DNA of 64,000 nucleotides, taken from positions 21,605 through 85,604 of the forward strand of contig JBAXRR010000002.1 of NCBI GenBank assembly GCA_037131125.1, written 5' to 3'. This DNA is from a bacterium (GTDB lineage: Bacteria > Patescibacteriota > Dojkabacteria > GCA-016699595 > JBAXKR01). This document shows positions 41,501 through 50,318 of this stretch, piece after piece. Both the position numbers and the translations under genes were made by a program. The number at the start of each line of letters is the position of its first letter. Position 1 is the first letter of the stretch. The notes beneath the pieces were generated by a model. It searched no databases. It was given only the letters and a program-made list of their open reading frames with translations, and was not told where the DNA came from.

Positions 41501-42034
41501 ATCTCTTGAATCAATAAAAGAGTGCCTAGCATTACCTCCTCCGAGAAATGCTGGAAACGTGTGGCTAGTATTATCAATGGTAAAATCAACAACAAGAGTG
41601 TTATTTGTTAAATCTACCACAGAAACTCCTGCATTCCCTGCAACATACATAAAGTTTGTATCAGGATCTACAAAAGAATGCCATACTGAGCAAGAACCTC
41701 CACAAGTAGATAATATTGCAGGGTTAGATAATGAATCGTAATTGAAAGTATTGTTGAAACTCCTTTTAAGAACCAATCCTCCTTGAGATGTCATAAAGAC
41801 AGAGGGATCCGAATATACTCCATTCAAAAAGTTATCTGTGTAATTCGGAGTATTAAATTTCAATTCAACATCTCCGTCAGACTGGTTGAAGCTCGTATTA
41901 GTTCCAGGCGTTCCCTTAGCAAAATCGTGCCTACTTGTATCTATAAGATTTAAATCAACTGCATGTGTTAAAACAATAGGTGCAAGAACCACCAAAAAGA
42001 TAACCACTAATATGGGTAAGAACAGTTTCTTCAT
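35546..42034 (-). CDS. Giant cell-surface protein (2162 aa): signal peptide, multiple YVTN-type beta-propeller repeat blocks, Kelch repeats, a DUF1566 (Lcl C-terminal-like) domain, an internally duplicated ~100-aa W-rich domain, a Ser-rich stalk and a C-terminal TM anchor.
   Basis: Repeated LLYVSTDGGVSVID-type motifs. Kelch-like ...GIIYVAGG.../...GKLYITGGWDGG... motifs. DUF1566-like YTDWYLPSKDELNQLY...YWSST...VRVIRNF. C-terminal VMLFVICCPLLIILLIIILVIML+RRRKR. Confidence 0.7.
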   Translation of the reverse strand: MKKLFLPILVVIFLVVLAPIVLTHAVDLNLIDTSRHDFAKGTPGTNTSFNQSDGDVELKFNTPNYTDNFLNGVYSDPSVFMTSQGGLVLKRSFNNTFNYDSLSNPAILSTCGGSCSVWHSFVDPDTNFMYVAGNAGVSVVDLTNNTLVVDFTIDNTSHTFPAFLGGGNARHSFIDSRDPSHRLLYVSTDGGVSVIDILTGSAVDLLSASFVVNYPFDSNQSYLDTSNNLLYIVSAGGGLIVINTLTQNVVGTYNTSSSPAYLSDDYLRSFAIDPVRDLIYVGTWNGVSVIDRKGTPSDLSDDVLVTVLNTTTPAIGGNNILDLNLDNTNRLLYVSTYDGGLSVVNTIGNSLLKTYNTVSDPEIMPTDSVYKSFFGTSPNLLFIATNGGVSVIDRRDTPKDFSDDLFTAQYIQGSLTDAFLTPTNLLYLGTGGGGVTVLDIDGTYVSSADFTSQNIIDADGNSKVNIAWTSTVPTNTSLELLYSVNGGVDFTSLGTTAGSYDLPDGVVISGLLYKAVFVTNDPTATSSLNSVTISYGNAPLSKYISDTGVYTSGVLSAVSDQGGWDTLVPSSTLPSGTDITYRTRSGNTELVDGSWSAWEVPTGNPLKIISPFSKYIQYEATLTTGDQNISPVLHSVVISYQDLGTTQDLTNIEISGSPLYYSFAHGTYSYTGVIIQRGVTSITVTPIGAGVITVDGTEVASGNASQSINLISSIPKTVTVVATETGKPSKTYTIEVLLSPVAIGDSYQGGKIAYIDRTGFSGFLTGIIALDYHPWGCIGTPISGADGVSIGSGYQNTLDIIAGCAESDTAAKVARAYQEGGYTDWYLPSKDELNQLYLNKAAIGILDSDYYWSSTKYDNTYAWDEDIGSGFQETYDRDLTDNVRVIRNFAVPRSSLTNLVLSGSPSNYTFASGIYTYNGVTVANNIDSVTITPTGVGSITVDGGVVLTDQASGPITLDIGVQKTISVIVSESEKIPTTYSLYITRLATVPDSQIIQTTLDDFAKGDQGDLTNIYQSPGDIELKYFTSDYTETTRKDFRAEYLLNDRGSTSTYNADDENNVNGNVQINKGYIYSTSTNPSIANNRVIHSFLDSSDNLLYVSTDFGLSIINTNGTTIPSDDTFVMTYNKRSTPAILGNFVRHSFLDKTNPAHVLLYISTDVGLVVVDTKNTPLDQTDDVVIATYNPTNYPGSVPNKNMYHSMLVSDQIYLSTYGGGLTVINRNGTPLDPSDDTFSTYSTTSTPALVGDFVRNSFLDPATHYLYVSSFDDYKALPNDGGVTVIDTKGTQSILDDTLVKTYLTNTVPSIGRNSVVNTYLNSSNNLIYVSTQGGGLSVIDPTDNNFALTYSTSSNPAILSNNVSRSYLNTSNNYLYIATDQGISVIDTKGTKVSSDDTLVATYNTNPPSALPSLQVTDLFVDTSKNLLYSSTWEGLGVIYLDGKYNTIATYQSRNIYSENDLWTPKQNMTTARFASVTGVINGIIYVAGGAYQDAPNHYHYLNTLEAYDPIANTWTTKTSLPGNRAYASGGVINGKLYITGGWDGGGAYLNSLVIYDPVNNTWDSSKSAMPVPRRSYAAGGVVNNKLYVVGGRNESGNPISIVKEYDPTSDTWTDKTSLPDVRQNSSAATINGKLYIAGGQDLISETNSLLEYDPIGDSWAEKTPMPYQLGRATSAVITTNSTYTPNDNVSSEKLFIIGGKNLSGEPTEYMLEYNPITNKWKSSAHLDSSKTAPFDLKRRIHSSAAVVGSDVYIIGGGEDNYDGIKESGDVSKLSSVELSDRYQMEKYAIVSWTSTTPVGTSVELQYSLDFGQTYFSLGNVANKFYYLPSNSIYGFKYKAILRTNNTNITPSLDSVTVSTQEQFTSLYGGTPGEYTSTVLSAGATGGIWKTLVPQSTNPSGTNDVYQTRTGNTPTVDGTWSAWQNTTPEIPSPKSKYIQYKAILTTSNIDETPTIHEIAINYQKVQVNKVSITDINSISNIPESDSITYNLNTKTAVVKGNASSNSTVHFTKASVDSTALTNSQGKYEITLNLSTGNNTFIYYLVDDLGNISGERTLTLNVSDQVSSKTVILKKINSNLSGSSESSSSESSSSVESNSSESSNSSQSSYSSSSRSSSKSSSKSSGSILDGISSNPVMLFVICCPLLIILLIIILVIMLRRRKRDQNY

Positions 42035-42105
42035 TAAAACATAATTATGTATATACCAAGTACAATATACATCTATATTAAATATATATGAAGAAAACTG
42101 TAGGA

Positions 42106-42795
42106 TTATTTATTAATTTCTTTGTATTTTTTTGAATTCTTCTCAGCAGATTCTTTTCTCCAATTTTCAATATTTGCATGATTTCCAGACAGTAGAACTT
42201 CAGGAACAGAAAGCTTCTCTCCGTTAGAAGTTTCTATTACTTCTGGTCTTGTGTATTGGTCATACTCAATATATTTTTCTTCATCAAAACTTTCATGAGT
42301 AAGACTTTCTGGATTTCCTAGTGACTCATTAAGAAGTCTTGTAACAGAATCTACTATTACCATTGCTGGAATTTCTCCTCCAGATAAAACATACTCACCT
42401 ATTGAAACTTCTGTATCCATTAAGTTATCTATAACCCTTTGGTCAACTCCTTCATAATGTCCACAAACTATTAACAAATTCTCTTTACAAGAAAGCTCTC
42501 TAACATATGCTTGTTTCAATAGTTTACCTCTTGGTGAAGTGAATATTCGATAAGATTCATGTTTTGGATCTAATTCATTTACAGCTTTAAATATAGGCTC
42601 GTACGTCATAAGCATTCCTGCTCCACCTCCAAATGGTCGTTCATCAACAGTTTTATGGTTATCTGAAGTCCACTTTCTTAAATCATGTACAACAATATCT
42701 ACCACTTCTTTTTTCATGGCTCTTCCAACAATACTTGTTGAAAGTACCTCTTTAAACATATCTGGAAATATTGTAATTATTTGAATTTTTTTCAT
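42106..42795 (-). CDS. trmD: tRNA (guanine37-N1)-methyltransferase.
   Basis: MKKIQIITIFPDMF...HDLRKWTSDNHKTVDERPFGGGAGMLM is the canonical TrmD signature. Confidence 0.9.
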   Translation of the reverse strand: MKKIQIITIFPDMFKEVLSTSIVGRAMKKEVVDIVVHDLRKWTSDNHKTVDERPFGGGAGMLMTYEPIFKAVNELDPKHESYRIFTSPRGKLLKQAYVRELSCKENLLIVCGHYEGVDQRVIDNLMDTEVSIGEYVLSGGEIPAMVIVDSVTRLLNESLGNPESLTHESFDEEKYIEYDQYTRPEVIETSNGEKLSVPEVLLSGNHANIENWRKESAEKNSKKYKEINK

Positions 42796-42843
42796 TAGAC
42801 AATGGTAACATGAAGATGTTTCTCAAACAAAGCTTGGAAATAC

Positions 42844-45663
42844 TTACTTTGAACGAGATTCAGATTTGAACTTCTTGAACTTAATTCTTTTTAAAATTAT
42901 TAATCCTGAAGGAATTAATATGACCAAAGAACTTAGTAATCCATAGTTAATACTTTCTCCAGTTACTGCTAATATCTTAGGTTCTTCTGATTTATTCTCG
43001 TTATATACACCAAGAAAAACAGTCTTTTCCCTACTATCTAGCTTCTCTACATTCTCGTTTTGAGAGATACTTTCTATCTCAGATAAATTTCCACTTCCAA
43101 GATTTGAGTTCTTAAATATAAAGGTATACTCGATTGGGCTACTAACAAAAGAGTATTCGAAAGGTTTAGAAAATTTAACACTAATTACTTTGTTATATGG
43201 AACACAGTTTAAAGTAAACTTTCCTTTGTCATCTGTAATTAGGTCATATGAAGAATCCGAAAATTGTTTTCCCCAACTAATAGATACTTTTGACTTCTGG
43301 CTATTAAGTAGTTTTTCAGAAGAATCGACTTGACCATTTCTGTTTTCATCTTCCCAAGCTATTCCAGATACACTTGCACATCTTAAGTTAGCACTACTTT
43401 CTGCATTCTTTTCATCTTTCATATTTGTGGCCTTAATACTTACAGAATTTACAAGAAGATCGCCATCTATAAAGTCCACTTCTTTATTTATGCTCAACAT
43501 ATATTTAATTTCTCTTTTTCCATTCGCTTCTATATCTCCCAAACTCCAATTAATACTTCTGGAGTGTTCATCATAACTCCCACCAGACACTTTAAGACTA
43601 TCTACTACAGGAACTAGTGAATTTGTAAGGGTATCTTTTAAAGAAACACCCGAAGCCATACCATTCCCATTATTGACTATATCTATTTCATATCCAATTA
43701 CATCTCCAACAGTGTAGTCATTAGACCCCACAATTTTCTTACTCACAGAAAGATCTGGCTGATTTATTCCAATTTCAACATACTTAATAACCTCAGGATA
43801 GATATTTGAATTTTCATCTTTGAATGAGTATTTTATATGAAGTTTGGCACTAACTTGGTTTTCTGAATCTAATAACTTAGTTGTAAAAGTATTACTTAAT
43901 TCACTTGTTGCATTAGTCCATGTTCCATTATTAAGTATGTCTAAATTACTATCTGAACTCTTTAACTCCTGTCCTTCCATAGTCAAGATAGGAGAAAACA
44001 TAACCTTATACTTTGAAGTATTGGAGACTTCATAATTATATGTAGGAGCTTCATAATTCTCATAGTTTAACTTAGACGAATTGATGTTTATTTCTGCTTC
44101 AGCTAATTTCATATTCATTACAATTTCAGAAGAAACTTTTTCTGTATTTGTTGAATTTGTAATTTCAACTTTAGACTTTAATTCACTCGCAAGATACATT
44201 TCATTTCGATACTCAGGTAACTTCAATTTTTCTCCAAAGTCTACATTAGATACTTTAAGTTTAATCTTAATCTCTCGTTCTTCTCCTAAACCAAATTCAG
44301 GAATGTTAATTTTAACTTGTTCATCTTCTTCTAAACTATTAATTTCGTAATTACTCTTAGGATCGTTAACATCTACAGATAAGATTTTAACGTCATATAT
44401 CTTATTATCTTTTTCAATATCTGAAATAAAATTTAAACTTGGAATAGTATTCCCACTATTTCTAAGATTATATGTATATAGAAGTTCATCTCCAGGTAAG
44501 AACTCTCGACTCGTTACTTCAGTACTTCTTCCATTTTCTTTTGCAGTTAGATTCTCAACATTCTCGGTATATTTAACCTGAGTAATTAGACTTGTACCTG
44601 GAACATTCGCACTAAAGCTATATGGTATTAGTTCAACACCAAATGTTCCTTTGGTATTTCCCCAGCCTGGTTGTGCACCATATACACCGGCTGGGGAAGC
44701 CTGATCTATATCATCTCGCCAAATGACTATAGACCTGAAATCAGTTTGTGAAGAAGTATTAGGGGAAGCGACTATTTCTGTATGACGGTTAGGATCAGTT
44801 ATCTTGATTAAACCGCCAGAAATATTTAGAGGATAATTGGTGCCGAAGTTTGCAAAGTAAGAAAGAAAGATCGCAGATTTAGCCCCTATACATACGTTTT
44901 CACTATGCGTTTCTCCATTTCCCATTATGTGATTAATATTTATATTACAAAGATCATAAGAAGATACATTTTTGAGAAGTACATCATACCTAACTTTTAG
45001 ATTAGTTCCTTCCCAAATATAGTTAGGGGTAACCCTTTCAAGTTGGATAGGTTGAATTGTATTAAAGGAATAAAGAACTTTTCCAAGATCATTCGCATGG
45101 TATCCAAAACTTGTTTGAACAGGTACGGAAATTTTCTTTCCACTTCGGGAATCTTGTCCAATTGAAGTATTCCAGCTAGTTGTTCCATATGCACCTTCTG
45201 CACCAAGTTTGGTAACATCTCCTTGATCTGGATTTGATTTCGACATAAACAAATCTGCAGAGTTTACGTATACACCATGAGAAGTATAGTTCCAGACCCA
45301 CATTCCAACATCTACTTTTGTATTAGGTGGGACTGCAACTAAGTCTGCAATATTCTCATATCTTCTTGCATCTGGGTAGTAAGGAGTAGCAACATCTGTG
45401 AATCGGTGTGTTGTTACCCAGTTCGTATCTACACCTCTTACATCTGCTGGGTTATAGTCCACATTGTTTCCAAGAGATGAATAACTAACTCCATTAACAT
45501 TCGAGAATTTACAATTGTCTACATTGAATCCTGGATAGTAAGAATCTGCAAATACTTTTCTAATTACGCCAAAATACGGAGAGAAATATGCAAACAGTAG
45601 AAGGAGAATAAGAAAAAGCTTGAGAAAGATAAGTTGGGCAGATGAAGTTTGGTAATTTACCAC
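42844..45663 (-). CDS. Surface protein with a C-terminal LAVTG sortase sorting signal; contains DUF11-like and SdrD-B-like repeat domains.
   Basis: Signal peptide at the N-terminus. GIAWEDENRNGQVDSSE (SdrD B-like Ca-binding motif). C-terminus ILAVTGESINYGLLSSLVILIPSGLIILKRIKFKK: LAxTG, a hydrophobic helix and a basic tail. Confidence 0.65.
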   Translation of the reverse strand: MVNYQTSSAQLIFLKLFLILLLLFAYFSPYFGVIRKVFADSYYPGFNVDNCKFSNVNGVSYSSLGNNVDYNPADVRGVDTNWVTTHRFTDVATPYYPDARRYENIADLVAVPPNTKVDVGMWVWNYTSHGVYVNSADLFMSKSNPDQGDVTKLGAEGAYGTTSWNTSIGQDSRSGKKISVPVQTSFGYHANDLGKVLYSFNTIQPIQLERVTPNYIWEGTNLKVRYDVLLKNVSSYDLCNININHIMGNGETHSENVCIGAKSAIFLSYFANFGTNYPLNISGGLIKITDPNRHTEIVASPNTSSQTDFRSIVIWRDDIDQASPAGVYGAQPGWGNTKGTFGVELIPYSFSANVPGTSLITQVKYTENVENLTAKENGRSTEVTSREFLPGDELLYTYNLRNSGNTIPSLNFISDIEKDNKIYDVKILSVDVNDPKSNYEINSLEEDEQVKINIPEFGLGEEREIKIKLKVSNVDFGEKLKLPEYRNEMYLASELKSKVEITNSTNTEKVSSEIVMNMKLAEAEININSSKLNYENYEAPTYNYEVSNTSKYKVMFSPILTMEGQELKSSDSNLDILNNGTWTNATSELSNTFTTKLLDSENQVSAKLHIKYSFKDENSNIYPEVIKYVEIGINQPDLSVSKKIVGSNDYTVGDVIGYEIDIVNNGNGMASGVSLKDTLTNSLVPVVDSLKVSGGSYDEHSRSINWSLGDIEANGKREIKYMLSINKEVDFIDGDLLVNSVSIKATNMKDEKNAESSANLRCASVSGIAWEDENRNGQVDSSEKLLNSQKSKVSISWGKQFSDSSYDLITDDKGKFTLNCVPYNKVISVKFSKPFEYSFVSSPIEYTFIFKNSNLGSGNLSEIESISQNENVEKLDSREKTVFLGVYNENKSEEPKILAVTGESINYGLLSSLVILIPSGLIILKRIKFKKFKSESRSK

Positions 45664-45731
45664 TTCATCTATTTAATATTTAATTGCCTGGAATATATCT
45701 AAAGTGTGGTTAGAGGAATATTAAAACTAGA

Positions 45732-47810
45732 TTATTTTTTCTCAACAAAAATATCTATTTTACTTATATTTGAAGGGAACTTTCTTAAGAAATCTGGAAG
45801 ATATTGTGGGAAAAGATCAACATTTACAATACTTGTAGCAGGTTCTAAAGTTTTCAAAATAGAAGTTGCTTCACTTAATGTCTTAGATTTTAAGTCATTT
45901 TTTATTTTAGACTGATCAAGAGAAATGTAATATGAGGTATTCATTACTAGATTTATTGTTGCAACTTCCTTTTCAAATTTTGAAAGAGTATATTTTGAAC
46001 TCGAGTTTTTTATATCTATATTTCCAAGATTACTTAATCTATCCTCAGTATATGACTTTGCTAATGCTTCAATATTTGCTTTAGAAACACCTTTAACAGT
46101 AGCTTTTGCCACTATTTCATAGTCAACACTTGTAGCTTCTTGACCAACTGCTGCACTTAATTTATCTGAATCTATTTGGAAATCTACATCTGGAGTAACA
46201 ATGACGTAATTATCTGCAAACTTTGTTGTAGCTTCAGTCTTTGCTTGTACTTTAAGTGAAGCCGTTAAATCTTTCTTTAGTTTGTCTACATCAGCTTGAG
46301 AAACAACCTTGGTCTTTTTGGATGCACCTCCAGTAAATCCTGATCCAGGGTACATAGTGGCGGTTAATGAAGTACTAACAAAACCAGCGATTGAAAAAGT
46401 ACCTGTTTGCTGATTAGCAATATTAAAAGACTCACCTGCACTATTTGCAACTACCGTTGCATCTTTAGATCCCCAAGTCTCTCCTCCTATACTACTTGTT
46501 TTCTTGTTTACTGTTACTGCTGTTGTAGTTACGTAAGAATAGTTTGTTCCTGAAACCTTAATAGTAAGTTCAGTGTTTGCTGGAACAGAAATAGCTGTAT
46601 CTGTTTTGTTATAGAACGTAACTGTTCCGGTAGCTTTAGATGTTCCAACAACTTTATCTGTAGTTGTATCCAAACTTTGAGATCCATTAACACTAACTAT
46701 TAGAACTTCTAGAGGAACTGTTAAAGTTGTTAAATCAGGTGCTGTGGTTGCAACATTTGCAGATATATTCTCAGTAGCATTAAATTCAGCACTATTTTCG
46801 GAAAGCTTTATTGTTGCAGAAGGAAATACAGTAATACTTAGGAATATAAAGACAATAAACAAAAGAAGAATTGGAATAATAATCCAACCTTTACCTTTTT
46901 TAAACTTCATATTTTCAATCTTGCTTGCAAAGAATCCACTTATATTCTTCAGAAAAATACCTATCTTACTGAATATATTCCCATTACTAGAATTAATTTG
47001 TCTTTTAGTTGCTCTATCTAATAAATTTCCTGTAGCTACGTCTTCTCCTGACTTTCCATTATTAATAAATTCATTTCCATGTTTGTTGAAATTTCTATTT
47101 AAAAGATTTCCTTTCCCAACTTCATTTTCACTTTCTTCGTTATTCAAAGCAACAGCACCAACTCCACCAATAACGTCCAATTTAATATTCTCTTTCACTT
47201 CTTCAAATTCAGAAACATCACCACCTGATGCAAATACTCTATCTCCAATTTTATGCACCCTAGCAGGAAGTCTTTTGGTCTTTTTGTATAAATCATAGTT
47301 TATACTTTGTGTTTCCCTCTTATCTTTAATTTCTTCTTGAACTTTTGCATGTGTAATTTCATTTGCTACTTCTCTTTCTGCCTGATCAATTATTTCATCT
47401 ACTCTCTGAGTTTCCTTCTCCTCAATTTCGCTCTTTTGAAGATTTCTTTTTTCAAGAAGATCAGATTTTTTCTTACTTTGCTCTCTTAGTGCTTCATCTA
47501 TTTTCATTCTCGCAGACTGCCACATATTTTCAGTTATTTCATTGGCATTTTTTACAACTTCGAGATTAAGCTTTTTTATCATGGAGAAGCCATGTTCGTC
47601 TTTGACAATAAATACAGATGCCTTGTCTGTAACAAGAAGTTCTTTATATAGGATCTTTATACTAATAAGACTAGATAGAAGCATAGCGTTATCTGGGATA
47701 ATTAGAACAACTCTTTCAGATAAAGCATTTCTAACCTTCTCAGCAACAAAGGTTATTTCGTCATCTAGTTCAACAAATATTTTTTCAGGTTCTGTTATCT
47801 TTTGTATCAT
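45732..47810 (-). CDS. Hypothetical bitopic membrane protein (692 aa): ~325-aa cytoplasmic N-terminal region with a coiled coil, a single TM, and a Thr-rich extracellular beta domain. Translationally coupled to ftsA.
   Basis: Its start is 1 nt after the ftsA stop on the same strand. TM WIIIPILLLFIVFIFLSITVF mid-protein. No FtsZ motifs. Confidence 0.5.
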   Translation of the reverse strand: MIQKITEPEKIFVELDDEITFVAEKVRNALSERVVLIIPDNAMLLSSLISIKILYKELLVTDKASVFIVKDEHGFSMIKKLNLEVVKNANEITENMWQSARMKIDEALREQSKKKSDLLEKRNLQKSEIEEKETQRVDEIIDQAEREVANEITHAKVQEEIKDKRETQSINYDLYKKTKRLPARVHKIGDRVFASGGDVSEFEEVKENIKLDVIGGVGAVALNNEESENEVGKGNLLNRNFNKHGNEFINNGKSGEDVATGNLLDRATKRQINSSNGNIFSKIGIFLKNISGFFASKIENMKFKKGKGWIIIPILLLFIVFIFLSITVFPSATIKLSENSAEFNATENISANVATTAPDLTTLTVPLEVLIVSVNGSQSLDTTTDKVVGTSKATGTVTFYNKTDTAISVPANTELTIKVSGTNYSYVTTTAVTVNKKTSSIGGETWGSKDATVVANSAGESFNIANQQTGTFSIAGFVSTSLTATMYPGSGFTGGASKKTKVVSQADVDKLKKDLTASLKVQAKTEATTKFADNYVIVTPDVDFQIDSDKLSAAVGQEATSVDYEIVAKATVKGVSKANIEALAKSYTEDRLSNLGNIDIKNSSSKYTLSKFEKEVATINLVMNTSYYISLDQSKIKNDLKSKTLSEATSILKTLEPATSIVNVDLFPQYLPDFLRKFPSNISKIDIFVEKK

Positions 47811-47811
47811 A

Positions 47812-49098
47812 TTATTTATTCTTTATCTCAAGTGCCATTCTAGCAAGCGAGAGAGCTGCAACATCTGTAACATGATTAGCCTTTCCCGTCTCATCTATTA
47901 TGTCTGACAACATATCTGGTTTAATAAAATCTACTTTAGGAAATCTAGCAAAAGGCAATTCTTGTAACCACGGATAATTTAATATTTCTGTTTTAATTTC
48001 AGGAAGTAAACTTCCTCCACCACAAAGTAAAATCTGAGATGGATAATTCTCAATATCTTCAAAATCTTCTAAAGAAAGATGAATACCTCTAACTAAAGTT
48101 TTAGCATCTCTTATCATGGCCTTTCCTATTTTAATTTTCTCTACAGGTTCAAGTTTATCTTCTGAATAAAGAATCTTCTTTTCCTCAGCTATTTCATATT
48201 GTTGACCCAAAACTTGCTCTACTCTTTTTGTAAACACTCTTCCTCCAAGTGCAAACATCTTAGTACCAATAACTCCACCAGATTCAACAAGTGCTAAATC
48301 TGTTGTTCCTCCCCCAATGTCTACAAATACTGCACTAAATTTATCTGACTTCGCACCTCTGAATGCTCTGGCTATTGCATAAGGCTCCACGACAATTGCA
48401 GATATTGAAAGATCAAGAGCCTTTGCAATTGTTTTAAGTGAAGTTAAGTGAACAGATGGTGAAAATGTAGAGAAAACTCTAAATGAAACATTCTTTCCTA
48501 CAAACCCTATTGGATTATTCACTCTAAACCCATCTATGAATGTATCATTAATAACACTATCTATTTCTTCAATATTCATATTCTCCATCCCCATATCTTT
48601 TACTATTTGTTCCTTAGCTTGTGGAAATGAATTCTTACGAACATCTGCGATAACATCGTCTAATTCTTTTTGATCAATCTTAATTTCAGGGTGATCTCTT
48701 TCAAAGCTCGACATAACTGTAATTCCATAAACAAGTTCTCCCGCTATTCCGAGAATTACTTTTGTAGGAAGTGCTTCTGACTTATCTACACTAGATAAAG
48801 CTTCTCCAATTGCAAGGTCACAATTTTCGATTACATTTTGTAGATCAACTATCATGGCACCCTTCATAGCATCTGTTTGTTGTTTGGCTTTGGAATACCC
48901 CTTTATATGCACCTGTCCATTTGTTATTGAGAAGATTGCAGATTTAACATATTCTGTACCTACATCAAGTGCGATGGTATTTTCAGAAAAAGGATCTTTA
49001 TCCTTTGGTTTATTTTTTAAAAAAGAGAGATTAAACAATGTATATTTTTTTGAATTGTGATTAGAATATATACTAATCAATTTAGCTCGAGACTTCAA
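47812..49098 (-). CDS. ftsA: Cell division protein FtsA (actin-like ATPase). PilM is a less likely alternative.
   Basis: ALDVGTEYVKSAIFSI phosphate-1, VFVDIGGGTTDLALVESG phosphate-2 and ILLCGGGSLLPEI adenosine motifs, with FtsA-like domain order. 428 aa. The N-terminal ~40 aa are low-complexity, so the real start may lie downstream. Confidence 0.6.
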   Translation of the reverse strand: MKSRAKLISIYSNHNSKKYTLFNLSFLKNKPKDKDPFSENTIALDVGTEYVKSAIFSITNGQVHIKGYSKAKQQTDAMKGAMIVDLQNVIENCDLAIGEALSSVDKSEALPTKVILGIAGELVYGITVMSSFERDHPEIKIDQKELDDVIADVRKNSFPQAKEQIVKDMGMENMNIEEIDSVINDTFIDGFRVNNPIGFVGKNVSFRVFSTFSPSVHLTSLKTIAKALDLSISAIVVEPYAIARAFRGAKSDKFSAVFVDIGGGTTDLALVESGGVIGTKMFALGGRVFTKRVEQVLGQQYEIAEEKKILYSEDKLEPVEKIKIGKAMIRDAKTLVRGIHLSLEDFEDIENYPSQILLCGGGSLLPEIKTEILNYPWLQELPFARFPKVDFIKPDMLSDIIDETGKANHVTDVAALSLARMALEIKNK

Positions 49099-49108
49099 TC
49101 TAACTCAT

Positions 49109-50182
49109 ATGAGATTTAGAAACTGGAAACAAGTAAAAAGAGGTAAACCTAATCTTAAAGAAGAGATCAGAGTAGTTAAATATGTAGTTCCAGAAAGGAA
49201 CACATTCAAAAGAAATCCAGCTCAGAGGAAATTTTCACTTAGAAATATTTTTAGACTTCAAGTGTTAGCACCTATTCTTCTCATACTTATAATCCTTGGA
49301 TCTGTTGGATATGTTTATGTTAATAGAGAAAAACTTGTTATTAAAACTATTAACATCTCACCTACTAAGTACATTCAAACTAATGAGATAAAGACACTCC
49401 TTGATCCAAACATAGGACAGAACTTCTTTATTATATTTCCTTCTCAAATTGAGAAAAGACTTTCACAGTTATTTGATCTCATAGATACAGTTAAAGTTGA
49501 AAAGATACTTCCAGACAAAATAAATGTAAGTATTAAAGAAAAAGATATTAAATATCTTATTGTTTCTACTTCACATAACTCAATCTGGGATAGTAACTAC
49601 AATGAAGTAAGAAATGAACTTAACAATACTAAGTTATCTCTGACAGATATATCTTACAAACTATTAAGTGGAAGACTTAACCTTGAAGATATCCCGATGA
49701 CACCTGATCAGGCACTAGCCAAAAACACCATTCTTCTTATTAAAGATGAAAAAGACAGAACTAAGAAGTTAGACGATTTTGAAAAAAAACTTATTACTTA
49801 TAGAATTACGGAACTTAAAAGATTACATAAAGATGCATACACTGAGGCAAAAAGTATTTACTTAGATAAAGCTAAAGCAAACAATGCATACAATCTAGAA
49901 CAGTTAAGTTTATTAGACGAAGTAGATCAAGATAAGACACTTGAGGATATTAAAAATTATGAGACTTTAAATAAAAGCCTTAACTTCAAACCAGAATTAG
50001 TCTTATTCAATGAATTTGGAAGAATAATCATTCTATATAACGACAAAATAATAAAAATTGATGACACAACAGATATGAACAAAGAAGTTAAAGTACTAAA
50101 CACTCTTATGGATTCACTTACAACTTCAAACACAGATTACTTCCAAGTAACAGTAACAGGTGAAAAAGTAGTAGTACTTTAA
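49109..50182 (+). CDS. ftsQ: Cell division protein FtsQ/DivIB-like (POTRA domain).
   Basis: Basic cytoplasmic N-terminus, then TM LAPILLILIILGSVGYVYV, then a POTRA-like region (IKTINISPTKYIQTNEIKTLL...TVKVEKILPDKINVSIKEKD). Confidence 0.55.
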   Translation: MRFRNWKQVKRGKPNLKEEIRVVKYVVPERNTFKRNPAQRKFSLRNIFRLQVLAPILLILIILGSVGYVYVNREKLVIKTINISPTKYIQTNEIKTLLDPNIGQNFFIIFPSQIEKRLSQLFDLIDTVKVEKILPDKINVSIKEKDIKYLIVSTSHNSIWDSNYNEVRNELNNTKLSLTDISYKLLSGRLNLEDIPMTPDQALAKNTILLIKDEKDRTKKLDDFEKKLITYRITELKRLHKDAYTEAKSIYLDKAKANNAYNLEQLSLLDEVDQDKTLEDIKNYETLNKSLNFKPELVLFNEFGRIIILYNDKIIKIDDTTDMNKEVKVLNTLMDSLTTSNTDYFQVTVTGEKVVVL

Positions 50183-50318
50183 TATTGAATTTTGAAAATA
50201 TTTAAGATTCTAGTACAATCCTTACTTACATTATTAGTTAACTACTTGCGATTTCTAATGATGAAACCAAGTCTTAACTATTACATATGTAGATATTTTA
50301 TATTTCACTACTAAGAAA

